From Gammaproteobacteria bacterium (GTDB lineage: Bacteria; Pseudomonadota; Gammaproteobacteria; Eutrophobiales; Eutrophobiaceae): a stretch of DNA of 64,000 nucleotides. Positions within the stretch are counted from its first letter, which is position 1, and each line of letters opens with the position of its first letter. The position numbers and the translations under genes were made by a program. The DNA lies in the NCBI GenBank assembly GCA_963422205.2, contig CAXMWX010000003.1, positions 257,565 to 321,564 of the forward strand, written 5' to 3'. The notes beneath the pieces are model-generated. The model ran no database searches. It was given only the letters and a program-made list of their open reading frames with translations, and was not told the DNA's origin. Shown piece after piece: positions 40,157 to 51,521 of this stretch.

Positions 40157-40867
40157 CTATGCGGTGGAGAACTCCATCTTGATACTCGCCAACTCGATCA
40201 GGTCGCCATCTTTTATCTTGTAGGCCTTGGGGCCGATGGGCTCGCCGTTCACAGTCGGGTAGCGCTTGCCATCGCCATCACTTTCAATATGGGTGAGGAA
40301 ATAGCCTTGTGGGCGGCGTGAGATAACCGCCACCTGGGTGCCGGGCTTGCCCAGAGTGATCAGCGCCTTTGTCAATTCCAGCTCTTTGCCGGCAATCGGC
40401 CCGTTCAAGACGGTGAGGTGTCCGAGCGGCATACCACCACCAGCAGCCGCCTGGGCGGCGCCCGCTGCCGGGGCGGCGGCGCCTGCTTTTTCAGCCGCCT
40501 GGGCGGCGGCCACGGCCGCACTGGCTGATCCTGGCTTGATGATCATGGTTTTTTCGAACTCATCATCATCTGCCGTGGCATGTTCGTTGACGTATTTAAG
40601 TTCGTGCTTACCAATGGCGACGACATCGCCGTCTTTAAGTGCATGTTTTTTAACGAGCTTGCCGTTGACATAGGTGCCATTGGTGCTGCCCAGGTCCTCC
40701 AGAAAGGAGTCATCCAGGATAGTGATCACCAGCGCATGTTTGCCACTGACGGCAAGATTGTCTATCGGTATGTCATTTTCAGCTTTTCGCCCGATGGTAA
40801 GACGCTCTTTACCGAGTTCGTATTCACCTTGAACGACGCCATTTAAGCTCAGAACTAACTTGGCCAT
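40157..40867 (-). CDS. FHA-domain protein (canonical FHA plus degenerate second FHA)
   Basis: TIGR..ND..VS..HA..DLGSTNGTYVNG, Ala-rich linker, second domain ITLGK..VNG..DGDLI. Confidence 0.9.
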   Translation of the reverse strand: MAKLVLSLNGVVQGEYELGKERLTIGRKAENDIPIDNLAVSGKHALVITILDDSFLEDLGSTNGTYVNGKLVKKHALKDGDVVAIGKHELKYVNEHATADDDEFEKTMIIKPGSASAAVAAAQAAEKAGAAAPAAGAAQAAAGGGMPLGHLTVLNGPIAGKELELTKALITLGKPGTQVAVISRRPQGYFLTHIESDGDGKRYPTVNGEPIGPKAYKIKDGDLIELASIKMEFSTA

Positions 40868-40879
40868 GGTTGTTTTGCC

Positions 40880-41719
40880 CTATTTTCCCCAGACTTCAAA
40901 AAAACGGTGGATTAGCTGCCTGAAAAAGCCCCCAGAGGAGGAGAATTCCCCTAATATTCTGATGAGTATTATGGAAATGTTGTCTTTGCCTCCTTTTTCG
41001 TTGGCTTTTTTTACCAATTCATTGGCAGCTTGTACAAGATTAACACTATATTTACTTAGGATTAAGTCAATTTCCTCATCATCTACCATATCATTTAATC
41101 CGTCAGAACACAGCAGATAAATATCATCAATGCTGACTTGCTCCTCCATCACATCGATGTCCACGCTCGCTTCAATACCCAATGCACGGGTCACCAGATT
41201 CCTTGGCGTTTTCTCCATCGCCTCCTCTGGCGTGTACAGACCACGGTCTATAACTTCTTGAATTAACGAGTGATCTTTAGTGATCTGTCCAAAATTTCGG
41301 CCACGTTTTCGGTAGAGCCTTGAATCACCGACATGGGCTACCGTGACCATATCATCATGAAATATACAACTGACGATAGTCGTACCCATGCCACGGCATT
41401 CTGCATCTTGCTGCCCTATGTTGTAAATATTTGAATTTGCTGAGGTTAATGCCTGTTGCAGGACTTTTGAGACAGCCGTCATACCTGATTTTGGCTCTAC
41501 CTGACTGGTTTTAATACGGTGGATATTTTGCAGAATTTCATGGTGGGTGGCGGTCACGGCTATAGCACTGGCGACTTCACCGGCCTTGTATCCCCCCATG
41601 CCATCCGCCAGGAGGGCAACCCCCTTGTTCAGATGCGTTAAGGTGCTGTCTTCATTGTGTGGGCGAATTTTACCCACATCCGAGACATTGATGATTTCAA
41701 TTTTATCTGCCAGCGCCAT
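40880..41719 (-). CDS. PP2C-type Ser/Thr phosphatase (Stp1/IreP-like)
   Basis: SDVGKIRPHNED, ADGMGG, GMGTT, HVGDSR, LLCSDGL, GGKDNIS. Confidence 0.95.
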   Translation of the reverse strand: MALADKIEIINVSDVGKIRPHNEDSTLTHLNKGVALLADGMGGYKAGEVASAIAVTATHHEILQNIHRIKTSQVEPKSGMTAVSKVLQQALTSANSNIYNIGQQDAECRGMGTTIVSCIFHDDMVTVAHVGDSRLYRKRGRNFGQITKDHSLIQEVIDRGLYTPEEAMEKTPRNLVTRALGIEASVDIDVMEEQVSIDDIYLLCSDGLNDMVDDEEIDLILSKYSVNLVQAANELVKKANEKGGKDNISIILIRILGEFSSSGGFFRQLIHRFFEVWGK

Positions 41720-41950
41720 TATTTTCGGTAAATCAATCAGTTAGCATTATCTCTATGTGATAAAAACCTGCCATCCCAACATGCCAACTTCTCATTAAGC
41801 TAGCAAATACAATAATTTGCAGGTCTTTATTATAGTAAAAAATAATCAAAGTGCATCATACATGACTCTGGAGCATTGGCATAGTACCCGAAGAAATCCT
41901 TATTTAGGCTTATAATTCATGCAGTTATATGATAATGCACGTATTTACTA

Positions 41951-42508
41951 TCAGCCGCACCACCTGTTCACTGCCTCCTGTGCCGCTGTTTCTGCCTTCA
42001 GGCGCTCTGCCTCGGAATAGATGCGTGGATTTCTGGGGTTGTCCGTTTTCTCATAGATAAACCTGGCGGTTGTCATGCCCTTCAGCCTTGTGCGGGCTTG
42101 GATGCAGTTTTCCTTTTTCCGTTTTTCAGCTGCTGCCGCTGTTGCCCGTTTTGCCGCTCTTTCCTGTCGATCTTCGGCGTAAATATCCAGCAGGCGCTGA
42201 CGCCGCTCCCGCCTGTGTTCACGTGTTGGGTCTGAAGGCGAATGCGTATGAGAGGGGATATCGACTGGCTCGGCCTGTTCACTTTCGGCTTTATCGGCGA
42301 AGTGTACCCGGCCCTGCTCGTCCTGCCAGGTGTAGATATCAGCCGCATCAGCCGGAGACAGCAATAACAGGCAGAGAACGCCTGTCGCTGCCGTCAGATA
42401 TGACCGGGGGAGACAGGGACAGGGATAGGGACAGGCCAGCCGCCGCCGGACAGGCTCAGCGCTCAAGATGGTGTTTTTTATCCACAACATCTTTCCAGTC
42501 ATCGGCAT
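41951..42508 (-). CDS. DUF4124-domain exported protein (start uncertain)
   Basis: Signal peptide then [16 protein letters not shown]; C-terminal helix with two Cys. Confidence 0.8.
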   Translation of the reverse strand: MPMTGKMLWIKNTILSAEPVRRRLACPYPCPCLPRSYLTAATGVLCLLLLSPADAADIYTWQDEQGRVHFADKAESEQAEPVDIPSHTHSPSDPTREHRRERRQRLLDIYAEDRQERAAKRATAAAAEKRKKENCIQARTRLKGMTTARFIYEKTDNPRNPRIYSEAERLKAETAAQEAVNRWCG

Positions 42509-42779
42509 CAGCGGGGGCGTCCTTCATTTCGTTAATGACCGGCCATTCTTTTGACAATTCAGCATTCAGGCCGATGAACTCCTGCATCGCCTGCGGGACA
42601 TCCTCCTCGGCCATAATCGCTTCAATCGGGCATTCAGGCTCACACAGTGTGCAGTCTATACATTCGTCCGGGTCAATGACCAGCATGTTCGGGCCTTCGT
42701 GAAAACAGTCTACCGGACAGACTTCAACACAGTCTGTGTATTTGCATTTAATGCAATTCTCTGTAACGACAAATGCCAT
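42456..42779 (-). CDS. fdxA: 7Fe ferredoxin FdxA
   Basis: [38 protein letters not shown]. Confidence 0.97.
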   Translation of the reverse strand: MAFVVTENCIKCKYTDCVEVCPVDCFHEGPNMLVIDPDECIDCTLCEPECPIEAIMAEEDVPQAMQEFIGLNAELSKEWPVINEMKDAPADADDWKDVVDKKHHLER

Positions 42780-42896
42780 CGTAAACCCCGCCAGTTAATC
42801 GTTCTTGGGATGTGCATGATACTCTGTTCCCGTACCTTAACAAAAGCCTTTTTAAGATCAGCCCGGCGCCCGGCCATTGCCCTGCCGATGACTGAT

Positions 42897-43811
42897 TTAC
42901 AGGCCCAGGACCTCTGCTGTGATCGGATTACCCTGGTGCATGCTGAGTATACCAACCCCGTGTTTAATGATGCACTGCTGAATTGAAAGCGGTAGCTGAT
43001 CGTTATCGGATTCATGATAGTCACAGGCGATTTTTGCCGGATTTTGCCCATCACGGCGTACCCCGATGACGCCGCCAAGTGATGTAATCTCGTTGATAAT
43101 CGCCTCTGACAAGGCGGGTGCGGTGGTGAAATGCAGTACCGCATTCATCTGGCGTAATTCAGCGATCGTTGTGTTGGTGATGAGCCTGCCCGCCTCAAGC
43201 ACAAGCACACGGTGACACAGATCCTCAATTTCATACAGATTATGCGAGCTGATAATGATACTGCCCGCCTCGGCATTGTGACGGATGAACTGGCGTATCT
43301 CATCGGCGATGACCGGATCAAGGCCAGCGGTCGGCTCATCCAGAATGATCAACGCCGGGCTGCCGAGGAAGGCCTGTGCTATCCCCAGCCGTTTGCGCTG
43401 ACCATAGCTCATGGCCTCAGGCCGCTTGTGCGCCTCATTTGCACCACCGATCTGTACCAGCAGGCGGCTGACTGCCTGTTCGGCCGCTTGCTTGCTGTTG
43501 CCTTGCAGGCGGGCGAATTGCACCAGCTGCTTGCTGACCGCCACCCCCGGTTTGAAGTGGGCTTCCTGTAACAGGCTGCCAATCCTGCCGGACAGCATCG
43601 TGCAGGCAGGGGATTGTCCCAGTACCCGAATAAGGCCACCATCCGGTTTCAGGGCGCCAGCGATCAGTGCCAGCAGCGTGGTCTTGCCCGCACCATTTTT
43701 CCCGACCAGCCCGGTAATCCCGCCGGGCGGTAAAGACAAGGTGATATCATCGAGCGCCCGCACCCGCCCATAATGCTGGCAAAGTTGATGCGTCTCGAGC
43801 AGCGCGGGCAT
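42897..43811 (-). CDS. ABC transporter ATP-binding protein
   Basis: GKNGAGKTT, MSYGQRKR, IILDEPTAGLDP, SSH; TGATG coupling to the permease. Confidence 0.93.
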   Translation of the reverse strand: MPALLETHQLCQHYGRVRALDDITLSLPPGGITGLVGKNGAGKTTLLALIAGALKPDGGLIRVLGQSPACTMLSGRIGSLLQEAHFKPGVAVSKQLVQFARLQGNSKQAAEQAVSRLLVQIGGANEAHKRPEAMSYGQRKRLGIAQAFLGSPALIILDEPTAGLDPVIADEIRQFIRHNAEAGSIIISSHNLYEIEDLCHRVLVLEAGRLITNTTIAELRQMNAVLHFTTAPALSEAIINEITSLGGVIGVRRDGQNPAKIACDYHESDNDQLPLSIQQCIIKHGVGILSMHQGNPITAEVLGL

Positions 43812-44620
43812 CAGAAAAGACGCCGCCGAAATACCCACCAGGCCAGGGCGCCGTACACCATCGTATAGACTGACATGGCCGCCATGCCCCTGATCGCCTC
43901 TGACCAGTCGGTATGCAGTAGCGATGCCTTAAAAAAATTAGGCAACAGGTAATTGAGCAGCGTGATGCTGTTATCTGTCCAGGTGTTGATAAAGATGATC
44001 ACCAGCAAAGCCATATAGCAAAGGCCGCCCAGGAACAAGGCAGCCAGAGCTGAGCGTGCGATCACCGAGATCACGGCCATAAAAGCAACCAGGCTGGCGG
44101 CATAGAGCAGGATTTTTATTTCTATGGCCAGCAGATAGGCCAGGATATCGATGACCGGCTGTTCAACATGACCACTGCACAGGATGGCGATGATGAGGCC
44201 CATGCCCCCCAGGCCGAGCAATAACACGCAAAGTGCGCTCAGGTAACGGGCAAAAAATATCTCCAGCCGGCTGCAACGGTTGCCCAGCAGACGAAAATAG
44301 CCGCTGCCCAGATCGGAGGAGAACTGATCGCAGGCAGCAAGTGCGGCATACAGCGGCATGGCGTTCATATTGAAGATAAAGTAAAAAGATAACAAAGGGG
44401 CATTATCAACGAATAGCCTGGTTGCGGCGGCATGGTCGATCAATGCCGTGATAAACACAATCCCCAGCTGCTGTATCCACCGGGAAGCCGACTGATCAAA
44501 CTGATAGCTGATGACCGCCCAGAAGATAACAAACGGCAGCAGGAAGACCAGGCCCTTAGGTCGGCTGAGGGCGTATTGCAGGTCAAACAGGATCAGCAAA
44601 CCCAGATGGTGCAAGCGCAT
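43811..44620 (-). CDS. ABC-2-type exporter permease
   Basis: About six TM helices; D..SG.FR....SR..I..RY motif; coupled to the ATPase. Confidence 0.85.
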   Translation of the reverse strand: MRLHHLGLLILFDLQYALSRPKGLVFLLPFVIFWAVISYQFDQSASRWIQQLGIVFITALIDHAAATRLFVDNAPLLSFYFIFNMNAMPLYAALAACDQFSSDLGSGYFRLLGNRCSRLEIFFARYLSALCVLLLGLGGMGLIIAILCSGHVEQPVIDILAYLLAIEIKILLYAASLVAFMAVISVIARSALAALFLGGLCYMALLVIIFINTWTDNSITLLNYLLPNFFKASLLHTDWSEAIRGMAAMSVYTMVYGALAWWVFRRRLF

Positions 44621-44638
44621 GACAGGTTGAGGTTAGGG

Positions 44639-47206
44639 TCAGGAAGACAGCGTGTGCAGGCGGTACAGCAATTCCAGCGCCTGTTTCGGTGTCAACTCAT
44701 CCGGGTTACTATCAGCCAGTGCCTGCAATGCGGGATGCAGCACGGGCAGTGCGTTGTTGAATAAATCGGCTTGTACTGCCGTGCCCGGTGCTGTGCTGCC
44801 GCTCTCCAGTTGTTGCAGATAGGCATTTGCATGGGCAATGACGGCAGATGGAATCCCGGCCAGTTGCGCCACCTGCAAGCCATAGCTTTGATTGACCGCC
44901 CCCGGTTTGACGCTGTGCAGAAAGATGATCGCCTCATTATGCTTAACCGCATCCAGATGCACGTTTCTGGCCTGCGGCAGTTGGTCTGGCAAGATGGTCA
45001 ATTCGAAATAATGGGTGGCAAACAGCGTAAACGCCCCGGTTTTTTCCGCCAGGTAATGGGCGCTCGCCCAGGCTAGAGACAGGCCATCATAGGTGCTGGT
45101 GCCACGGCCAATCTCATCCATCAATACCAGGCTGTTGGCGGTGGCATTGTTAAGAATATTGGCCGTTTCGGTCATCTCCACCATGAACGTGGATTTGCCT
45201 TCGGTGAGATCATCAGCAGCGCCAATGCGGGTAAATATCTTGTCTATTGGCCCGATGTCCGCTCGCTCTGCCGGCACGAAGCAGCCAATATGCGCCAGGA
45301 TGACGATGATGGCGGCTTGCCGCATATAGGTGGACTTGCCCCCCATGTTAGGGCCGGTGATGATCAGCATACGAGTCTCCTCATCCAGCCGGGTGTCGTT
45401 GGCGATGAATGTCCTGGACTGTAACTGCTCAACGACAATATGGCGGCCGGCGATGATCTCCAGCCCCGGCGGCTGGCGAAATGTCGGCTGCGCCAGGTTT
45501 AGGACATCCGCACGCTCAGCGAATGCCGCCAGAATATCCAGCTCGGCAATCGCCCCGGCCGTCTGTTGTAATGCCGTCAGGCAGGCATGACAGCTATCCA
45601 GCAAGCCGGTGAATAATTCCTTCTCCCGGGCCAGGGCTTTTTCTCTGGCGCTCAAGGCCTCATTTTCGAATGCTTTAAGTTCCGGCGTGATGAAGCGTTC
45701 AGCGGCCTTTAAGGTTTGCCGGCGCTGGTAGTTGGCCGGCACCTTATTGCTATGCAGCCGGCTGACTTCAATATAATACCCATGCACGCGGTTAAAGCCG
45801 GTCTTCAAGGAATGGATGCCGGTGCGGTTTTTCTCTTTCTGTTCGAGTGCGGACAGAAAATGACTGCTGCCCTGATGTAATGCACGCAACTCATCCAGCA
45901 GCTTATCATAGCCATCGGCGATCACATTGCCATCACGTATCAATGCGGCGGCGTTCTCGGCCAGGCTGCGGTTAAGCTCATCGCTGAGATCGCTGAAATC
46001 GGCAATGCCATCGGCCAAGGCGGCTATCCTGGGGCTGTCGTACTGTGTCAACGCCTGCTTGAGTGCGGGCAGCGCATTCAGGGTGTTTTGCAGTTGCAGC
46101 AGGTCTCGGGGCTGGGCGGAGTACAGGGCGATGCGGCTGAGGATACGTTGCAGATCAGCGATGCTGCACAAACCGGAGCGCAACTCGACATAACGTTTGC
46201 TGTAGAGCAGGGTGGCAACCGCATCATGCCGATGTTTCAGCCTCTGCTGATCGCGTATTGGCCGCCTTAACCAGCGCCGCAACTCACGGCTGCCCATCGC
46301 CGTACAGCAGCTGTCAATGACCCGCAGCAGGCTGTGCTCTTTGGCCCCCGACTGGCTGGCTTCCAACTCCAGGTTACGCGCACAGACCGGGTCAAGCGTG
46401 ATGCTCTCATCGAGGGTTTGAATCCGTGGCGGTTCTATGTGCGGCAGCTCGTGGCGGATGGTCTCGTTGGCATAATGCAGCAAGGCCGCCAGCGCCGTGA
46501 CGGTATCCGGCAGCCCGGCCAGGCCAAGGCCATCCAGATGCTGAATGCGGTATTGTTGTTTTACTATCCGCACCGCACCCTGCGGCTCGAATTGCCAGGC
46601 GGGCAGGGCGGTCACACACTCATGCTGGCTGGCAAGCTCGGCCTGTAGCGAATCGCCCTCGGCCAGCAGGATCTCGGCGGGCGCCAGTCGATGCAACTCG
46701 CCCAGCAGGTGCTCACGATTGTCAAGCTGCTGGACGACTGTCCGGCCGGTGGATATCTCAAGGCAGGCGATGGCAATGCCGCTGCTGCCCGGGTGGACGG
46801 CGAGCAGCAGGTTTTCTGTCTTGTCATCGAGCAGCGCCTCTTCGGTCAGGGTGCCGGGGGTAATGATGCGGCTAATCTCACGCTTTACCGGGCCCTTAGC
46901 CAGTGCAGGGTCGCCAATCTGCTCGCAGATAACCACGGACTCGCCCAGCTTGACCAAGCGCGATAAGTAGCTGTCCACGGTATGATACGGCACGCCCGCC
47001 ATCGGGATGGCCTCGCCGTCCGCCCGGCCCCGGTGGGATAAGGCAATGTCAAGCAAACGCGCCGCCCTGCGGGCATCATCAAAGAACAGTTCGTAGAAGT
47101 CGCCCATCCTGAAAAACAGCAGCATCTGTGGATAATCAGCCTTGATCCCCAGATACTGCTGCATGACCGGGGTGTGTTTTGCAGAAGCGGTGCGGCGGGC
47201 AGTCAT
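44639..47206 (-). CDS. mutS: DNA mismatch repair protein MutS
   Basis: [56 protein letters not shown]. Confidence 0.99.
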   Translation of the reverse strand: MTARRTASAKHTPVMQQYLGIKADYPQMLLFFRMGDFYELFFDDARRAARLLDIALSHRGRADGEAIPMAGVPYHTVDSYLSRLVKLGESVVICEQIGDPALAKGPVKREISRIITPGTLTEEALLDDKTENLLLAVHPGSSGIAIACLEISTGRTVVQQLDNREHLLGELHRLAPAEILLAEGDSLQAELASQHECVTALPAWQFEPQGAVRIVKQQYRIQHLDGLGLAGLPDTVTALAALLHYANETIRHELPHIEPPRIQTLDESITLDPVCARNLELEASQSGAKEHSLLRVIDSCCTAMGSRELRRWLRRPIRDQQRLKHRHDAVATLLYSKRYVELRSGLCSIADLQRILSRIALYSAQPRDLLQLQNTLNALPALKQALTQYDSPRIAALADGIADFSDLSDELNRSLAENAAALIRDGNVIADGYDKLLDELRALHQGSSHFLSALEQKEKNRTGIHSLKTGFNRVHGYYIEVSRLHSNKVPANYQRRQTLKAAERFITPELKAFENEALSAREKALAREKELFTGLLDSCHACLTALQQTAGAIAELDILAAFAERADVLNLAQPTFRQPPGLEIIAGRHIVVEQLQSRTFIANDTRLDEETRMLIITGPNMGGKSTYMRQAAIIVILAHIGCFVPAERADIGPIDKIFTRIGAADDLTEGKSTFMVEMTETANILNNATANSLVLMDEIGRGTSTYDGLSLAWASAHYLAEKTGAFTLFATHYFELTILPDQLPQARNVHLDAVKHNEAIIFLHSVKPGAVNQSYGLQVAQLAGIPSAVIAHANAYLQQLESGSTAPGTAVQADLFNNALPVLHPALQALADSNPDELTPKQALELLYRLHTLSS

Positions 47207-47352
47207 GCGTGATTATTGTAGAGAATGCACCGGCCTCTGCCAAGGGCAAGCGCCGGGAATACGGATAGCGCTTAAGTGCCGCCTCGCCTCTGTACACCGG
47301 ATGGTGCGCCGCTCTCATCGGCTACCTTCAGGCGTGTTTGAACAGGCGCTGT

Positions 47353-47469
47353 TTATACCGGGATCTCCCTGACCAGCACATAATCAAATTCGATCATGCC
47401 CAGCGTATTTTTATCGTCTGATACGGGAAAAATACCGGCGATGGTCAACCCCGCCTCGGCCAGGTGTTT
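47353..47469 (-). pseudogene. Orphan 3' gene fragment resembling an FkbM-family methyltransferase C-terminus
   Basis: KHLAEAGLTIAGIFPVSDDKNTLGMIEFDYVLVREIPV*, with no start codon and a TAA immediately upstream; family call is from memory only. Confidence 0.45.
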
Positions 47470-47773
47470 TTATATCGTGAGCGCAACAAGCCGCTACCTT
47501 TATTATGCCGTGTGATTTTCATGCGTTGTCATGTTGCCGGGGTTTGTCAGGCGTGCAGATTATCATGATGCACAAGACAAGCGGCGGCAGCAGCATGTTG
47601 CATGGCTGACAGGCCCAAAAACAGGCTCATGCCCGCCATCAGTAATACCGACTGTTTGCATTGACTTAATCTTGCCGCTCCGCTTACATGTTTTCGGAGC
47701 ACGTGTAAACTGTCTGCCACATCACAGGGCCACATCACGGGGCGGGTTGGTTGCCGAAAATCTCTGAACACGC

Positions 47774-47804
47774 CTTGAAAATGGCTGCCGCCAGTCATAC
47801 ATAA
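47774..47804 (+). promoter_or_regulatory. Possible sigma32 promoter of htpG
   Basis: CTTGAAA -35 box upstream of a heat-shock gene; the -10 (CCCCAT) match is poor. Confidence 0.3.
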
Positions 47805-47843
47805 AGCGGTTTACTCTACCAGTAATCATGGAGCAAAGGGGCG

Positions 47844-49760
47844 ATGACAGTCAAAGCAAAGAAAGAGTCACTGGGGTTTGAAACCGAGGTGCAGCAACTG
47901 CTGGATCTGATGATCCATTCCTTATACAGCAACAAGGAGATATTTCTGCGGGAGCTCATCTCCAATGCCTCGGATGCGGCGGATAAACTGCGCTTTGAGG
48001 GCTTGCAGGATGACAGCCTGTTTGAAGCTGATCCGACGCTGCAAATCCGTGTGGAATATAACAAGGAGCAGCAGACCATCAGCATTATTGATAATGGCAT
48101 CGGCATGTCGCGGGAGGAGGTCATTGACAATTTAGGCACCATCGCCAAGTCCGGTACGCAACAGTTTTTTGCCGCCCTGACCGGTGATCAAAGCAAGGAT
48201 TCACAGCTGGTTGGTCAGTTCGGCGTGGGGTTTTACTCGGCGTTTATTGTCGCCAGAGATGTTGAGGTTCTCACCCGCCGGGCCGGCCTTGGCCGAAGCG
48301 AGGGTGTGCGCTGGATCTCCGATGGCAAGCGTGAATACACCGTTGAGACGATTGACCGACCAAGGCGGGGCACCAGGGTCACGTTGCATCTGCATGATGA
48401 GCATACTGAGTTTGCCGATGGCTTTCGGCTTCGCAGCATCATAAAAAAATATTCCGATCATATCTCCCTGCCGATTCTCATGCCCAAAGAAGGCAAGGAT
48501 GAGACTGGCGATGATACCGTTAATTCGGCCACGGCCTTGTGGAGGCGCAATAAAAAAGACCTCAGCGATGAGGAATACGAGACGTTCTACAAGCACCTCT
48601 CGCATGATTTTGAAGCACCTCTGGCACGGATACACAATCGGGTTGAAGGTAACAACGAATACACCAGTCTGTTATATATCCCCGCCCGGGCGCCGTTTGA
48701 TCTATGGGATAGGGAACAACGGCACGGCGTGAAGTTATACGTGAAGCGGATATTTATCATGGATGATGCCGAACAGCTCATGCCGACCTATCTGCGGTTT
48801 GTTAAAGGCGTTGTTGATTCTGATAATCTGCCATTGAATATCTCGCGCGAGCTGCTTCAGCAAAACAAGACCATCGATTCCATCCGTGCCGGTTGCACCA
48901 AAAAAGTGCTTGATCTGCTGCAAAAAATGGCCGACAGGGAAGCCGATAAATACCAGACATTCTGGCGGGCCTTTGGCCGTGTATTGAAGGAAGGCATCAT
49001 TGATGCACCGGATAAAAAAGAGACCCTGATCGAATTATTCCGTTTTCGCTCCACCGCCCAGGATGCCAAAGAGGACGGCGAAACAGTCTCTCTGGCACAC
49101 TACAAGGCACGGATGCAGGCCGATCAAAAGGCCATCTATTATGTCACGGCGGAGAACCATACAACCGCCAGACACAGTCCTCACCTGGAGATATTCAAAC
49201 AGAAGGGGATTGAGGTGTTATTGCTGACCGATCCCATTGATGAATGGTTGACATCTCACCTGACAGAATACCAGACCATCCCGCTGCAAGCCGTCAACAA
49301 GGGCGAGCTTGATCTGGGCGCTGCTGCCAAGGCAGAAGCAGATGAGCAAAGCAAAGACAGCGGACAGTTTTCCGAGTTGACCGAGCGCATCAATGAGGTG
49401 TTGAAAGACAAGGTAAAAGCCGTCCGCATCACGCACCGGCTGACAGAATCACCGGCCTGTCTGGTCGCCGATACCGATGATATGGGGCGACATCTGCAAC
49501 AGATTCTGACCGCCGCCGGCCAGGAGGTGCCGGCCAGCAAGCCGATACTGGAGATCAACCCCGAACACCCGCTGGTGGCGAAATTAGCCCAAGAGCAGAT
49601 AGCCAAGAAACAGATGGCCGGAGAACAGACGCCTTTTGCTGACTGGTCAGAAGTGTTGTTCGATCAGGCGCTGTTAAGCGAAGGCGGGCAGCTCGCTGAC
49701 CCGGCGGCCTTTGTCCATCGCCTGAACAGTCTGTTCCTGAAGCTGTCAACGCCGGATTAA
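47844..49760 (+). CDS. htpG: Chaperone HtpG (Hsp90)
   Basis: YSNKEIFLRELISNASDA, DNGIGM, GQFGVGFYSAF, LPLNISRE. Confidence 0.99.
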   Translation: MTVKAKKESLGFETEVQQLLDLMIHSLYSNKEIFLRELISNASDAADKLRFEGLQDDSLFEADPTLQIRVEYNKEQQTISIIDNGIGMSREEVIDNLGTIAKSGTQQFFAALTGDQSKDSQLVGQFGVGFYSAFIVARDVEVLTRRAGLGRSEGVRWISDGKREYTVETIDRPRRGTRVTLHLHDEHTEFADGFRLRSIIKKYSDHISLPILMPKEGKDETGDDTVNSATALWRRNKKDLSDEEYETFYKHLSHDFEAPLARIHNRVEGNNEYTSLLYIPARAPFDLWDREQRHGVKLYVKRIFIMDDAEQLMPTYLRFVKGVVDSDNLPLNISRELLQQNKTIDSIRAGCTKKVLDLLQKMADREADKYQTFWRAFGRVLKEGIIDAPDKKETLIELFRFRSTAQDAKEDGETVSLAHYKARMQADQKAIYYVTAENHTTARHSPHLEIFKQKGIEVLLLTDPIDEWLTSHLTEYQTIPLQAVNKGELDLGAAAKAEADEQSKDSGQFSELTERINEVLKDKVKAVRITHRLTESPACLVADTDDMGRHLQQILTAAGQEVPASKPILEINPEHPLVAKLAQEQIAKKQMAGEQTPFADWSEVLFDQALLSEGGQLADPAAFVHRLNSLFLKLSTPD

Positions 49761-49904
49761 GGACTGACGCCAATCCGGCGGGCGGGGGACCGCCGTGCCG
49801 ATTGTGTTGCAGTCGCCCGGCCTGATCTCCGCCCGTCTCAGTTGCGAATTATGTTACACTTTTGCCGTGCAACGTAGCCTCCCACCCAATGATCAACCAC
49901 CGCC

Positions 49905-51521
49905 ATGCGTAGTGATAAAGGCTGTATTTCAAACCTGCTGAAAGAACTCACTGACATCGGGGTCGCCCTGTCAGCGGAGAAAGATCATACCCGTTTGCTG
50001 GAGTTGATCCTGATCAAGGCCAAGGCGTTTACCCATGCCGATGGCGGCACGCTTTACACACGCACGGATAACGACCATCTCAGGTTTGAGATCATGATCA
50101 CGCGATCACTTAATATGCACATGGGCGGCACCAGCGGCCAGGACATTCCTTTCCCCCCTCTACGCCTGTATGACGAAGAGGGTGCGCCGAATAAACACAT
50201 GGTGGCGGCCTGGGCGGCGCTCAGCGGCGAGACGATTAATATCGAAGATGCCTACAGCAACCGGGAGTTTGATTTCTCCGGTACCCGCAAATTCGATCAC
50301 AAGACCGGCTATCATTCCCAGTCGTTTCTGACGGTGCCCATGACCAATCATGAAAACGAGATTATCGGTGTCTTGCAGCTCATCAATGCGACCTCCGGGC
50401 AAGACGGCGGGGTGATCCCGTTCTCATCGCTGGATCAACAACTGGTGGAATCGCTCGCCTCACAGGCCGCTGTCACCATCACCAACCGGCAGTTGATCAA
50501 TGCACAAAAGGCGTTGTTTGATGCGCTGATTCAGCTGATTGCAGCGGCGATTGATGAGAAGTCACCGTACACGGCCGGCCATTGTCGGCGGGTGCCGGTG
50601 TTGACCAATATGCTGGCGGATGCCACCTGCCGGGTAGACTGGGGGCCGTTGAAAAATTTCCACATGACCGAGACGGAAAAATACGAATTGGAAGTGGCGG
50701 CCTGGCTGCATGATTGCGGCAAGATCACCACCCCCGAATATGTGGTGGATAAAAGCACCAAGCTGGAGACCATATACGATCGTATTCATGATGTGGATGT
50801 GCGTTTTGAAGTGGTAAAACGTGATGCCATCATTCGCCTATTGCGCGCCCGTCTGGCTGGCAGTGAACATGAGGATACAGAACAGGCCATCGCCGCCGAA
50901 CTGGCACGGCTGGATGAGCAACGCGAATTTATTCGCCAGTGCAATATTGGCGGTGAGTTTCTGCCGGATGAGGATCAACAGAAGATCGCCGCCATTGCCA
51001 CCCAGCAGTGGCGCTCGCCCGAGGGCAAAACAGCCCCGTTATTATCTGCCGATGAGGTGCAGAACCTGCAAATCAGCCGGGGAACTTTGTCAGTCCGGGA
51101 AAGGGAGATCATCAACAACCACGTTGCGGTGACGATCAAGATGCTGGAATCACTGCCTTATCCGAAGCACCTTAAACGGGTACCTGAATATGCCGGCGGG
51201 CATCATGAAAGAATGGATGGCAAGGGCTACCCGAACGGGCTGAAGCGAGAGGATATGTCCATCCCGGCCCGCATGGTGGCGATTGCCGATGTCTTTGAAG
51301 CCCTGACCGCCAAAGACCGCCCGTATAAAAAGGCGATGTCCTTATCTCAGTCACTACGCATCCTGGGCGATATGAAACTCGAACACCATGTTGATCCGGA
51401 TCTGTTTGATATCTTCATCCATGAAAAAGTCTATGCCTGTTATGCCGAAAAATACCTAAACCCCGAACAGATCGACCCGGTGGATGTGACCGACATTCCC
51501 GGTTACAAGCCACGCCCGTAA
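49905..51521 (+). CDS. GAF plus HD-GYP domain phosphodiesterase (cyclic dinucleotide signalling)
   Basis: GAF (NIEDAY..F..FD..TGY..S.LTVP..GVLQLIN), YTAGHC, WLHDCGK, HHERMDGKGYP, IADVFEAL..RPYK. Confidence 0.9.
   Translation: MRSDKGCISNLLKELTDIGVALSAEKDHTRLLELILIKAKAFTHADGGTLYTRTDNDHLRFEIMITRSLNMHMGGTSGQDIPFPPLRLYDEEGAPNKHMVAAWAALSGETINIEDAYSNREFDFSGTRKFDHKTGYHSQSFLTVPMTNHENEIIGVLQLINATSGQDGGVIPFSSLDQQLVESLASQAAVTITNRQLINAQKALFDALIQLIAAAIDEKSPYTAGHCRRVPVLTNMLADATCRVDWGPLKNFHMTETEKYELEVAAWLHDCGKITTPEYVVDKSTKLETIYDRIHDVDVRFEVVKRDAIIRLLRARLAGSEHEDTEQAIAAELARLDEQREFIRQCNIGGEFLPDEDQQKIAAIATQQWRSPEGKTAPLLSADEVQNLQISRGTLSVREREIINNHVAVTIKMLESLPYPKHLKRVPEYAGGHHERMDGKGYPNGLKREDMSIPARMVAIADVFEALTAKDRPYKKAMSLSQSLRILGDMKLEHHVDPDLFDIFIHEKVYACYAEKYLNPEQIDPVDVTDIPGYKPRP

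Noticed and set aside
42408-42434. GGGACA-like hexamer run encoding CPYPCPC
   Set aside because: Short and imperfect, in a region of uncertain start; no evidence of phase variation or a metal site.
49750-49780. CGCCGGATT/AATCCGGCG inverted repeat at the htpG end
   Set aside because: 13-nt loop, overlaps the stop codon and has no U-tract; not enough to call a terminator.
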